Source of the DNA: a virus
Taxonomy: Duplodnaviria; Caudoviricetes
DNA: 58,031 bases
Strand: one strand, 5' to 3'
IMG/VR virus record: IMGVR_UViG_3300022074_000043
Span: 1-58,031 of that record
Part shown: positions 26,296 to 34,321 of the stretch, one piece after another
Layout of the letters: every line of letters starts with the position of its first letter
How positions within the stretch are numbered: the first letter of the stretch is position 1
Notes under the pieces: generated by a model
The model's input: only the letters and a program-made list of their open reading frames with translations
Told to the model about the DNA's origin: nothing
Database searches by the model: none
Position numbers and translations under genes: made by a program

Positions 26296-26430
26296 ATGAA
26301 ACATAAACTAGTTACAGTGGGTTTAGCCAGACCCAAACTACGTCATCGTGTGTTGCACATTACGATCAACAATCGTGCGTGGTTGAAACAGGCTATGTCA
26401 AAACCAATGACAGTGAAGGGATCAAAGTGA
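26296..26430 (+). CDS. Small basic early protein (44 aa)
   Basis: MKHKLVTVGLARPKLRHR...; AGGGG SD; TGATG coupling to next gene. Confidence 0.5.
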   Translation: MKHKLVTVGLARPKLRHRVLHITINNRAWLKQAMSKPMTVKGSK

Positions 26431-26642
26431 TGTCAGGGGTAAAATATATAACTGTTCGGGAGCGTGACACTGGCCTTGAGTATATATGGTCTATGGCAGA
26501 GGTTCTTGAAGAAATCAATCGTGACAGATCGGAAGACTGGACGCCATACGATGAGACAGATTGGCGTGAGGGTTTAAGTGAATTTACCGAATTCGATCTA
26601 ATTTATGTAAAAGGAGAAAACCAATGCAAGCATATTTCATAA
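26430..26642 (+). CDS. Early hypothetical protein
   Basis: Start revised to MSGVKY; VLEEINRDRSEDWTPYDETDWREG. Confidence 0.65.
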   Translation: MSGVKYITVRERDTGLEYIWSMAEVLEEINRDRSEDWTPYDETDWREGLSEFTEFDLIYVKGENQCKHIS

Positions 26643-27031
26643 ATCCATTTAGTCAGAACGTCACGACAGTTGACTATGACGGCAATTACGAAAGCATTGG
26701 TCGCATGATCGATGCCAGCCGTGGTTATTTCGATGTCGTGCGTCTGGATCAAAATCAAGATGCGGCCTTTGTTGATGATGAAGGTTTGTATGTTGAGAAC
26801 CAGCGTTTTTGGATTCACCGCAATTATCCCCAGCCGCTAGCTGGCAAGGCACTTATATTGGGCTGCAACGATGAGGGTGATTCTACTGAACCAAAGACCA
26901 GCTTTGAAGAGTTGGTCGGTGATATCCGGTTCATTGGTGATCGGTTTGAGTTGGCCTTGTTGCACAAGTTTGTCGGGCAGATCGATGACTACCGCCCACA
27001 CTTTTTCACTGGCATGAAGGAGATTGCGTGA
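26624..27031 (+). CDS. DUF3846-like protein
   Basis: INPF...V..V.......I...I......DVV......AFVDDEGL.......F......PLAGKALILG.NDEG. Confidence 0.65.
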   Translation: MQAYFINPFSQNVTTVDYDGNYESIGRMIDASRGYFDVVRLDQNQDAAFVDDEGLYVENQRFWIHRNYPQPLAGKALILGCNDEGDSTEPKTSFEELVGDIRFIGDRFELALLHKFVGQIDDYRPHFFTGMKEIA

Positions 27032-27267
27032 TGAACTATTTAAAAGACATGACCAATGAAAACCTAAAAGAATGTCTTTTGTGTGACATGGAAGGTTTAC
27101 GCGAGGGTGGATGGATTCCTGATGATGATAGCATTGACGCTACGGTTTCAGTGATCGAAGAAGTGTTCAGACGCATTGACGTTTATTCTAACAAGAGGAA
27201 GCCGCATGACCTTCATGCGTTGTCCAACAAGTTAATCACAAATGCTTTGAAGCGAGGGGACGAATAA
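27028..27267 (+). CDS. Early hypothetical protein
   Basis: Coupled ORF, AAGGAG SD. Confidence 0.6.
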   Translation: MMNYLKDMTNENLKECLLCDMEGLREGGWIPDDDSIDATVSVIEEVFRRIDVYSNKRKPHDLHALSNKLITNALKRGDE

Positions 27268-27737
27268 TGGGACTGGATATGTATTTGCGCGGCGACAAGT
27301 TTAAGCGCACCGAATTGAAGCGTGATGAGTCGGGCGAACTGGAGCGCACTGAAGATGGGGATATCACCCCCATCAATGTGCCGATGGTTGATGGCTTTGA
27401 GCGCACGTCAGAAACTTTGCGGATGGGTTATTGGCGCAAACATGCGCCATTGCATAAACTCATTGTCGATACGTTTGCGGACGGTGTTGATGAGTGTCAG
27501 GTCATAGACCTGAGTGCCGATGACTGCCGTAAGATAGCACAGATGCTACGGGACAGGGAGTTTCCCAACTTCCATGAGTGCGATGGGTTTTTCTTTGGCA
27601 AAGGTGACTGGTGGCTTGAATGCGTTGACTCTGCTGATGAAGATGCTGAAGTGTTTGAACGTGCGGCTGAATGGTCGGAGTCCGACAGTCAAAACGATGC
27701 CTACTGGCATTCGGTTGAGTATCAGGCAAGTTGGTGA
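27267..27737 (+). CDS. Conserved phage early protein
   Basis: MGLDMYL...YWRKH..LH......DEC...GFFFG...Y.ASW family pattern. Confidence 0.7.
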   Translation: MGLDMYLRGDKFKRTELKRDESGELERTEDGDITPINVPMVDGFERTSETLRMGYWRKHAPLHKLIVDTFADGVDECQVIDLSADDCRKIAQMLRDREFPNFHECDGFFFGKGDWWLECVDSADEDAEVFERAAEWSESDSQNDAYWHSVEYQASW

Positions 27738-27775
27738 GGAGTGATGATGATAACGGAAGATAGAAAGGATTGGGG

Positions 27776-28084
27776 ATGAGTAAGGCAACGAAATATGATG
27801 AGGTTCAATGGCAGATTGGGTATGAGTATTCAAACCCACCAATGCCCCACTTCATAGGCAACAGCGATACAGTAGATTTAGATCGCTGGGATGATGAGAT
27901 GGAAGAACATGAGCCAGACACAGAATGCATGGCTATCGTGTTTGATGAGGCACTTGTCGAACCCATTAAAAAAATCTTGTACAACAAAGTCGAAAAAATG
28001 CGCGACGTGTACATGTGTGATGAGGTTGATGTGTTTGCATACGAGGTTCGGAGAGAACTGCCGAAAGAACACAGGAAGGACTAA
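27776..28084 (+). CDS. Early hypothetical protein
   Basis: Acidic ORF in early operon. Confidence 0.6.
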   Translation: MSKATKYDEVQWQIGYEYSNPPMPHFIGNSDTVDLDRWDDEMEEHEPDTECMAIVFDEALVEPIKKILYNKVEKMRDVYMCDEVDVFAYEVRRELPKEHRKD

Positions 28085-28086
28085 AA

Positions 28087-28341
28087 ATGATAACGCTTGA
28101 ATTAACATCAGTTGACCACCTGACAGGTCGTGACGCTGATCCAATATTTTTGGTTGGTGACAGGTTTACTGTCACCACCCGCAACATGCAATGGGGTGAG
28201 GTCGAGCGTGAGGTAACCGTCATCAATGACGGCCTGTGTCGGCATGATGGATACTTTGTTGCAGAGTCGTATGGCTATTTGAAAGACGTGATCCAGAACA
28301 AGTTGATCACACGCGGTGCATTTATAGCAAGGTCGAGGTGA
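28087..28341 (+). CDS. Early hypothetical protein
   Basis: AAGGA SD, coupled. Confidence 0.6.
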   Translation: MITLELTSVDHLTGRDADPIFLVGDRFTVTTRNMQWGEVEREVTVINDGLCRHDGYFVAESYGYLKDVIQNKLITRGAFIARSR

Positions 28342-28586
28342 AGATAATGCCAGCACAACGCGCCAAAGGTACAAGGTACGAGAAGTATCACACGAAACTA
28401 GACCAAAGAACGTGGGCTAGTATAAATCGGCATGACGATAAGGAACGTCAGCGCGACAAAGAGGCATGGGCGGCGCACACTGCTGCCCTGCCGGATGATT
28501 GTTTCGCCGATGATGTGCGGGACAATGACTGTAGTGTCTATTATAGTAAAAGCTGCATGGAAGGAAGGAGACTTGATAATGACTAA
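28338..28586 (+). CDS. Early hypothetical protein
   Basis: Coupled ORF. Confidence 0.55.
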   Translation: MKIMPAQRAKGTRYEKYHTKLDQRTWASINRHDDKERQRDKEAWAAHTAALPDDCFADDVRDNDCSVYYSKSCMEGRRLDND

Positions 28587-28872
28587 ACCAAAGAATTTTG
28601 AAAACATGACGATGGAAGAGCGTCAAGAATATTGGGCAAAGCAACGCGAGCAGGAAGCAATGGTGCGTGAAGCACTGCTGTTTCAGATCCGCGAAAAGTA
28701 TCCATCGATGGTCGAGAACGTGGAAGCACTGGTCAATGTTGCCAACAGTATCGGCGATGATCTTCAGTGGCATGGCGTTGAGGGTGTTACCTGCGCTGAC
28801 ATGCACAAGCTGATTGACACGGCTAATGCTGTTCGCCGCTTGTTTCATCTCGACATTGAGGAGCATGGGTGA
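28579..28872 (+). CDS. Early hypothetical protein
   Basis: Start revised to MTKPKNF with AAGGAG SD. Confidence 0.6.
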   Translation: MTKPKNFENMTMEERQEYWAKQREQEAMVREALLFQIREKYPSMVENVEALVNVANSIGDDLQWHGVEGVTCADMHKLIDTANAVRRLFHLDIEEHG

Positions 28873-29060
28873 TGAGTAAGTATCTGCTGATCATGGTCAC
28901 TATGACCAGTTTCAATGGTGGTACGGTCAATGTGATCAGTACACACGACACAATAAGTGAGTGCCATGTGGCACTCACCCAACACGGGTTCACAGACTCA
29001 CAGATGCAAAACACTTTCTGCCTTATCACGGAAGAAGGTGTGGATTGGAAACTTAAATGA
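28869..29060 (+). CDS. Small protein with hydrophobic N-terminus and two Cys
   Basis: KYLLIMVTM...TISEC...FC. Confidence 0.55.
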   Translation: MMSKYLLIMVTMTSFNGGTVNVISTHDTISECHVALTQHGFTDSQMQNTFCLITEEGVDWKLK

Positions 29061-29233
29061 GTGTGCCTAGTTGGGAACAATTGATTGCGGATCTGCGGAT
29101 ACTGCCTGTGGATCGCGAATATGATACGCTAGGACGTATCAAAACCAAAAAGCGTTTGCGTAGTAATGTTAATTTTAAGAAGGAGTTAGCTTATGGGCAA
29201 AGTCAAGAGCATGATGATGGACATGGAAAATAA
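29057..29233 (+). CDS. Early hypothetical protein (58 aa, not in ORF track)
   Basis: Hand translation MSVPSWEQLIADLRILPVDREYDTLGRIK...; ATGA overlap. Confidence 0.5.
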   Translation: MSVPSWEQLIADLRILPVDREYDTLGRIKTKKRLRSNVNFKKELAYGQSQEHDDGHGK

Positions 29234-29396
29234 GTTCATCGAAAAGATTGACTCTATTATTGGCGAGTGCGAGACATGGCATGAGTTTACCAGCCGTATG
29301 GAAAGCCACATGCACTTGGTGGATCACAACCCGTTGGATGAGACAATGGACGTGCTGGCTGAGTCGTGGTCACTGTATTGGGAGAAGCACCAATGA
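29193..29396 (+). CDS. Early hypothetical protein
   Basis: MGKVKSMMMDME; AAGGAG SD. Confidence 0.65.
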   Translation: MGKVKSMMMDMENKFIEKIDSIIGECETWHEFTSRMESHMHLVDHNPLDETMDVLAESWSLYWEKHQ

Positions 29397-29611
29397 TTAT
29401 TAAACTGGAAGACATGGTCGATACAGCATACGGCGTTGCAAAAGTGATTGGCATAGAGGAAGTGCGGCGCGGTGAAAAGTATGGTCACGATTGTTTGGAA
29501 GCCAACATAGGTTCAAGGGGCGATGACCGCAGGTTCAAGTATGTATTTGATCTGAACAATGGTCACTGGTGCCGTGGAACACAGATAAAGGGTAAGGTCG
29601 ATGAAGGATAA
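29393..29611 (+). CDS. Early hypothetical protein
   Basis: Start revised to MIIKLED (ATGA overlap). Confidence 0.6.
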   Translation: MIIKLEDMVDTAYGVAKVIGIEEVRRGEKYGHDCLEANIGSRGDDRRFKYVFDLNNGHWCRGTQIKGKVDEG

Positions 29612-29774
29612 TAATCTAGTGTATGTGGCAGAAGAACGGCGCAGGCTGATGCGTGAGTTCGGCGACATGATATTTGATGGCGCAGATCAGGCGGACATTG
29701 ATGTTAAGTACAAAGAGTATGCGGCGATGAGACAACTAGATAATGATGGAGTAAAGTATGTCCCGTTGTTCTGA
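29601..29774 (+). CDS. Early hypothetical protein (57 aa, not in ORF track)
   Basis: Hand translation MKDNNLVYVAEERRRLMREF...GVKYVPLF; fills gap. Confidence 0.55.
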   Translation: MKDNNLVYVAEERRRLMREFGDMIFDGADQADIDVKYKEYAAMRQLDNDGVKYVPLF

Positions 29775-29997
29775 AACGAGTAAAGCAGCGCACATAATTA
29801 ATGATGCGATGGAAGCGTTTGCAGAAAAGAAGCTGGATCCTGACATGGTTTCTTTCCTGCTGATGTGCACGGCCTTGTCAATGGTGTTGCGTAATAACCC
29901 GCGCTCGCCTTGTGCAGTAACGCAGATGATCGCGTCTGCGATGGAGTCGGCTGTTGTGTCTGTGTTAGATAATGATGAAGAGGAAACCAAACATTGA
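29758..29997 (+). CDS. Early hypothetical protein
   Basis: GGAG SD, helical. Confidence 0.6.
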   Translation: MSRCSETSKAAHIINDAMEAFAEKKLDPDMVSFLLMCTALSMVLRNNPRSPCAVTQMIASAMESAVVSVLDNDEEETKH

Positions 29998-30374
29998 TTA
30001 TACAAGGTGATGGAAGCTGGGAAAAGCTGATGGATTACGGCAGATGTCCAAGGTGCAAGGGCACAGTAAACCAGATCGCAAAGCCACATGCGAAGCGCGA
30101 GTGCGTGTCGTGTGGCCTGACGATAATTGACAACAGCGCACAGTCCTATAAAATAATGGATGATAAACCACAACAGGGGTCTGATATGTACGAGACTAGG
30201 CTGGAAGCCACTGAAGACATGATAGCAGCGGATACTAGAAGTCCGATGTCTTGGTCTGATGCTGTGTCTACAATCGAAAGAGTTCTGGAAGAGTATCTAA
30301 ACGATCCAGAACCAGTCCACCACACGTTAGAGTCAGAGGTACGGGAAGCATGGAACAGGATACTGCGGGGCTAG
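29994..30374 (+). CDS. Zn-ribbon-containing protein
   Basis: CPRC...CVSC. Confidence 0.55.
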   Translation: MIIQGDGSWEKLMDYGRCPRCKGTVNQIAKPHAKRECVSCGLTIIDNSAQSYKIMDDKPQQGSDMYETRLEATEDMIAADTRSPMSWSDAVSTIERVLEEYLNDPEPVHHTLESEVREAWNRILRG

Positions 30375-30538
30375 GTCGTATAATAAGGGTACTTGACGAA
30401 GAGTACACACAGTTGCAAGCTGCGGGGCTATATCGGGAAGCCGACAGGGTTTTCAAACGTAAACAAACATATGTTGATATGAGGAACGAAGCTAATGACA
30501 GACAACGTAGTGTATTTGGAACAGCCAAACAAAATTGA
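30350..30538 (+). CDS. Hypothetical protein
   Basis: Overlapping coupled ORF. Confidence 0.5.
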   Translation: MEQDTAGLGRIIRVLDEEYTQLQAAGLYREADRVFKRKQTYVDMRNEANDRQRSVFGTAKQN

Positions 30539-30734
30539 AGTTGTACTGGATCCAGTACCTGTTGTATGCGAGTACGCATCGAAGATATACAAAGATGTCG
30601 TCATCTTGGGAGAAGCCGAAGACGGATCTATCAAGATGATGACCACACAAGAAGATGTGGCAGATATATTATTTTATTTAGAGTCAGCTAAGTTTTCACT
30701 TCTGGGTGTTGGGCTGCAAGAACCAGAAGACTAG
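30495..30734 (+). CDS. Hypothetical protein
   Basis: DVVILG..EDG......T....DILFYLE.AKF.LL pattern. Confidence 0.65.
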   Translation: MTDNVVYLEQPNKIEVVLDPVPVVCEYASKIYKDVVILGEAEDGSIKMMTTQEDVADILFYLESAKFSLLGVGLQEPED

Positions 30735-30754
30735 CACACTATGAAGGGGCGCAG

Positions 30755-32212
30755 ATGGAATTTAACTACAAAACAAAACCGTATCAACACCAGCATGAAG
30801 CTTTGTTGAGAAGCTACGATAAGGTTAACTACGGTTACTTTATGGAGATGGGCTGTGGTAAATCGAAGGTACTCATCGACAACATGGTCTGGCTGTACGA
30901 ACAGGGCAAGATCGACACCGCCATCGTTGTCGCGCCCAAGGGTGTGTACAGAAACTGGCAGGTATCAGAAATACCGACTCACCTACCAACGGACGTTGAA
31001 CACGAGGTTTATGTTTGGACTCCGTCTCCAAACAAGACCCAAGCTGAACGCCTCAAGGCTGGGGTTGAAGAGCGTGATAAGCTCCGCATCCTGCTGGTTA
31101 ATGTTGAAGGATTTGCAACGCCGAAGGTCAGCAAATTTGTGGGTATGTTCATTCGCGGCGCGTCGTTCCTACTTGCGGTCGATGAATCAACAACTATTAA
31201 GAACCCCAAAGCCAAGCGGACTAAGGCTCTGGTTAGCCTTGGTCAAGAGGCATCGTATCGGCGTATACTTACAGGGTCGCCCGTTACGAAATCGCCGATG
31301 GATTTATACTCGCAATGTGCCTTCATGTCCAAACGACTACTGGGCTTTGAGTCCTACTACGCATTCCAAGGACGTTTTGCAATCACAAGAACACAGCGGA
31401 TGGGCGGTCACAGTTTTCAGCAAATCGTGGGATACAGAAATCTGGAAGAGCTTGCTACCAAGCTGGATACATTCTCGTATCGTGTAACAAAAGATCAGGC
31501 ACTGGATCTGCCAGACAAGATATACACAACCCGCGATGTGTCGCTGACCAAAGAGCAACACGACTATTACATATCCTTGAAAAATGCGGCTATCGCTTTG
31601 CTGGATGATGGTGAACTGGTAACAGCACCGTCTGTAATGACACAGATGCTGCGTCTACAGCAGGTGCTGTGCGGACACGTTATGTCGGACGACGGAGAAC
31701 TGATAGAGTTCCCAACTAAACGAATCGATGCGCTGATGGACACGATAGATGAGATGTCTGGCAAAATAATTATCTGGTCAAGGTTCCGGTACGACATCAA
31801 GAACATAGCCGCCAAGATAGCCAAGGTTCACGGTTCAAGTTCCGTGGTCACATACTTCGGAGATACTTCGGACGATGACAGACAAACGGCAGTTCGCAGG
31901 TTCCAGTTTGAAGATGCGAGGTTCTTTGTGGCAAACCCTCAGACCGCAGGCTATGGCCTGACGCTGACTGCTGCAACCAACGTGATCTATTACGCTAATG
32001 ATTTTAACCTAGAAACACGGGTGCAGTCGGAAGATAGAGCGCACCGTATTGGTCAGGACAAGGCAGTGACATATGTAGATTTGGTAAGTCGGTCTACTAT
32101 TGATGAGTATATAGTCAAGTCTCTTCGCAAGAAGATTGATCTGTCGGCGAAAACTCTTGGGGAAGAAGCTCGTCGGTGGTTAGAGCTAGCACCCCGCCGA
32201 AGTGACGGTTAG
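30755..32212 (+). CDS. SNF2-family (SF2) helicase
   Basis: FMEMGCGKSK, VDEST, ILTGSP, G.GLTLTAA, QSEDRAHRIGQ. Confidence 0.9.
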   Translation: MEFNYKTKPYQHQHEALLRSYDKVNYGYFMEMGCGKSKVLIDNMVWLYEQGKIDTAIVVAPKGVYRNWQVSEIPTHLPTDVEHEVYVWTPSPNKTQAERLKAGVEERDKLRILLVNVEGFATPKVSKFVGMFIRGASFLLAVDESTTIKNPKAKRTKALVSLGQEASYRRILTGSPVTKSPMDLYSQCAFMSKRLLGFESYYAFQGRFAITRTQRMGGHSFQQIVGYRNLEELATKLDTFSYRVTKDQALDLPDKIYTTRDVSLTKEQHDYYISLKNAAIALLDDGELVTAPSVMTQMLRLQQVLCGHVMSDDGELIEFPTKRIDALMDTIDEMSGKIIIWSRFRYDIKNIAAKIAKVHGSSSVVTYFGDTSDDDRQTAVRRFQFEDARFFVANPQTAGYGLTLTAATNVIYYANDFNLETRVQSEDRAHRIGQDKAVTYVDLVSRSTIDEYIVKSLRKKIDLSAKTLGEEARRWLELAPRRSDG

Positions 32213-32534
32213 CGACACGTTGTAGGTCTGGATTTTTGGAGAATTGATGAGGGTAAAGATGACATTCGTTTGTAATTCGATCAACGTACAAGAGACGAAC
32301 TCCAAGTTTCTGCTGACCTTGTTTGAGAGTGCGGCTTATAACGGACCCGTCTTTCCGCCGACTTACAGTCTTCACATCGAAGAGATGGATTTCGCCTTTC
32401 GGAGTCAAGGCTATAAGATCCACTGGTCCCTGTTCGATAAAGGGAGAGTAGACGTAACAGCCGCGACCGATTAGCCAAGCGGCTGCGATGAGTTCAGATT
32501 GTTTACCATATGCGATGCGATGATCTGGTTTCAT
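32115..32534 (-). CDS. PD-(D/E)XK endonuclease, antisense to replication operon
   Basis: Start revised to MKPDHR; G..SE..A..WL...G..V..P.....PVDLIA.......FDVKT. Confidence 0.7.
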   Translation of the reverse strand: MKPDHRIAYGKQSELIAAAWLIGRGCYVYSPFIEQGPVDLIALTPKGEIHLFDVKTVSRRKDGSVISRTLKQGQQKLGVRLLYVDRITNECHLYPHQFSKNPDLQRVANRHFGGVLALTTDELLPQEFSPTDQSSCEET

Positions 32535-32541
32535 TTGGTAC

Positions 32542-32619
32542 TTGACTATCTTTTTAGTTATCAGATAAGGTAAGACTAGCAGATAAGAAATTAGGAGACA
32601 ATAGGTGGATACAGATAAG
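32542..32619 (+). promoter_or_regulatory. Candidate promoter with three CAGATAAG direct repeats
   Basis: TTGACT at 32542; CAGATAAG at 32562, 32580, 32612. Confidence 0.45.
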
Positions 32620-32757
32620 TGGAAATCAGTTGCAGTTTCAATTGACATATACAAATTATTGAAGGCAATGGCAGAGAAGAGCGACAGAAGTGTAAGCAAG
32701 CAGGTCGCGCACATTGTCAAGAAAGAATACGAAGCGGGTAAAAAAATATCCGCTTGA
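32605..32757 (+). CDS. Ribbon-helix-helix (Arc/CopG-like) regulator (50 aa, not in ORF track)
   Basis: MDTDKWKSVAVSIDIYKLLKAMAEKSDRSVSKQVAHIVKKEY; GTG start with AGGAG SD. Confidence 0.7.
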   Translation: MDTDKWKSVAVSIDIYKLLKAMAEKSDRSVSKQVAHIVKKEYEAGKKISA

Positions 32758-32785
32758 CACGGTGATCGCACTCTATAAGATCACC
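32754..32785 (+). promoter_or_regulatory. Replication-operon promoter with overlapping inverted repeat
   Basis: TTGACA-16nt-TAAGAT; GGTGATC-N11-GATCACC. Confidence 0.55.
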
Positions 32786-32829
32786 ACCCACAGCCGAAGG
32801 GCTTAAACTTTAACAGAAGGAGAAGGAAG

Positions 32830-33393
32830 ATGGCTGATTGGTTCCAGCTACTAGACGAGGAAGTCGATGCCGATAAGTTCGACAATGTAGATACGAAAGG
32901 CGCGTCGCGTCTTTCAACTCTAATTCGTGAGTCTATCAAGGCTGACGAAGATATCGCTGCCGCAGAGCAGTATCTAAAAGATCTCAAGTACAAGAAGCGT
33001 AAGATCAACGAAGAAGATATCCCTGCCCTGATGCAAGAGATGGGTGTGGATAGTCTTGAAGTTGATGGCAACAAGATAAAGCTCCGTCAGTTTGTACACG
33101 CCCGTATTACGGACGACAAACGCGATGAAGCTTTTGCTTGGTTACGTTCTATTGGCGAAGGGGACATCATTAAGAATGATGTAACTGTGTCATTTAATAC
33201 CGGACAAGACAATGTGGTGGGGGCAGTCGTAGACGATTTGCGAACACAGGGTCTTGATCCAGTACAGAAGACTCACGTCCATCCACAGACGTTAAAGGCG
33301 TGGGTAAAAAACCGGATAGAGTCGGGAAACGATATCGACTTTGAAACATTCGGTGTGTTTGTAGGAACTGAAGCGAAGATAACTAGGAGCTAG
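32830..33393 (+). CDS. Conserved replication-module protein
   Basis: IP.LM.E.G...AF.WLR..G.GDIIKN...VHPQTLKAWV; precedes SSB-like gene. Confidence 0.75.
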   Translation: MADWFQLLDEEVDADKFDNVDTKGASRLSTLIRESIKADEDIAAAEQYLKDLKYKKRKINEEDIPALMQEMGVDSLEVDGNKIKLRQFVHARITDDKRDEAFAWLRSIGEGDIIKNDVTVSFNTGQDNVVGAVVDDLRTQGLDPVQKTHVHPQTLKAWVKNRIESGNDIDFETFGVFVGTEAKITRS

Positions 33394-33400
33394 AAAGAAG

Positions 33401-34201
33401 ATGGCTGAAACAGCAGTAGCAGAAAAAAAGTCCACGGCTGTGGCAAATATAATTGACGATCTGTACGCGAGTGCAGGTGAAGGTCTGGAGAATGTAACCG
33501 CAGAAGATATGCAGATTCCTTTTCTGCGTATCCTGCAACCTCTGTCACCGCAGTTGAACAAGCAGGACTCAAAGCACATCAAAGGTGCTTCGGGTGGTGA
33601 CCTGTTTAATACTGTGACTGGTGACTTTTGGGATTCGGAGGAAGGCGTGAACGTAATCCCGTGCGCCTACACCATGAAGTATCTGGAGTTCCAGCTACGC
33701 GAAAATGGTGGTGGGTTTATGGGTGAACTGGATCCAAATAGCCCTGACATCCGTAGCACGGAACGTGTCGGTGCTAACGAAATGTTACCATCTGGTAACG
33801 AACTCGTGAGGTCGGCGCAGTTCTTGGTGCTGGCATTCGGTGAAGGCGGTGTACCGCACCAGATGATATGCGATATGAAGAAGACTCAGATGAAGATCGC
33901 CAAGCAGTGGAATACCCGCCGCGCTGGCATGAAGATCATGCATCCAGAAAAGGGTTTGTTCACACCACCTATGTGGGCCACTGTGTGGAAGCTGACCTCT
34001 GTGCAGGAGAGTAACGACAAAGGTTCGTGGTTCAACTACCAGATAGCGCAGGGCGATATCCAGAAGGTAGATCCTGCTATCGTAACCCAAGCCCGTGACT
34101 TGTATAACCAGTTTAAGAAGGGCGAGATCAAGACAGCCGCAGGCACGGCTGATGAAATGAACCAGTCTACTTCGGACATTGGAGACGATGTACCGTTTTA
34201 A
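33401..34201 (+). CDS. Putative single-stranded DNA-binding protein
   Basis: GLEN....D..IPFL.ILQ.LSPQ...N.KG.WF; acidic tail DDVPF. Confidence 0.65.
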   Translation: MAETAVAEKKSTAVANIIDDLYASAGEGLENVTAEDMQIPFLRILQPLSPQLNKQDSKHIKGASGGDLFNTVTGDFWDSEEGVNVIPCAYTMKYLEFQLRENGGGFMGELDPNSPDIRSTERVGANEMLPSGNELVRSAQFLVLAFGEGGVPHQMICDMKKTQMKIAKQWNTRRAGMKIMHPEKGLFTPPMWATVWKLTSVQESNDKGSWFNYQIAQGDIQKVDPAIVTQARDLYNQFKKGEIKTAAGTADEMNQSTSDIGDDVPF

Positions 34202-34202
34202 T

Positions 34203-34314
34203 TCGCGGACGTTATGAGCGCAGTCAGGGGATGCGTTAAGGTTGATTAGTTCCGCGATGGTGGCTAACAACACCGATTAAGCTAATCAACCACCCCTGCA
34301 TAACCAACATGGGG
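34203..34314 (+). ncRNA. Candidate structured RNA / cis-regulatory leader of primase
   Basis: Four nested stems plus two additional complementary pairs (see findings). Confidence 0.55.
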
Positions 34315-34321
34315 CAGACCA

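Noticed and set aside
25006-26430. 474-aa plus-strand ORF
   Set aside because: Mostly the codon-aligned antisense shadow of terS plus the nuclease and intergenic DNA, with no protein-like motifs; only the last 44 codons (26296-26430) look like a real gene
30855-31487. 210-aa alternate-frame ORF in the helicase, and similar overlapping or antisense ORFs in the track
   Set aside because: Nested in well-supported genes, with no SD or recognisable motifs
32535-32771. N-terminal 79 aa of the 218-aa track ORF
   Set aside because: Antisense to the RHH gene and promoter region; the nuclease domain starts at Met 32534
34203-34314. tRNA, hammerhead ribozyme or simple terminator
   Set aside because: No cloverleaf or T-loop, no CUGAUGA/GAAA core, no U-tract; retained only as an unclassified structured element
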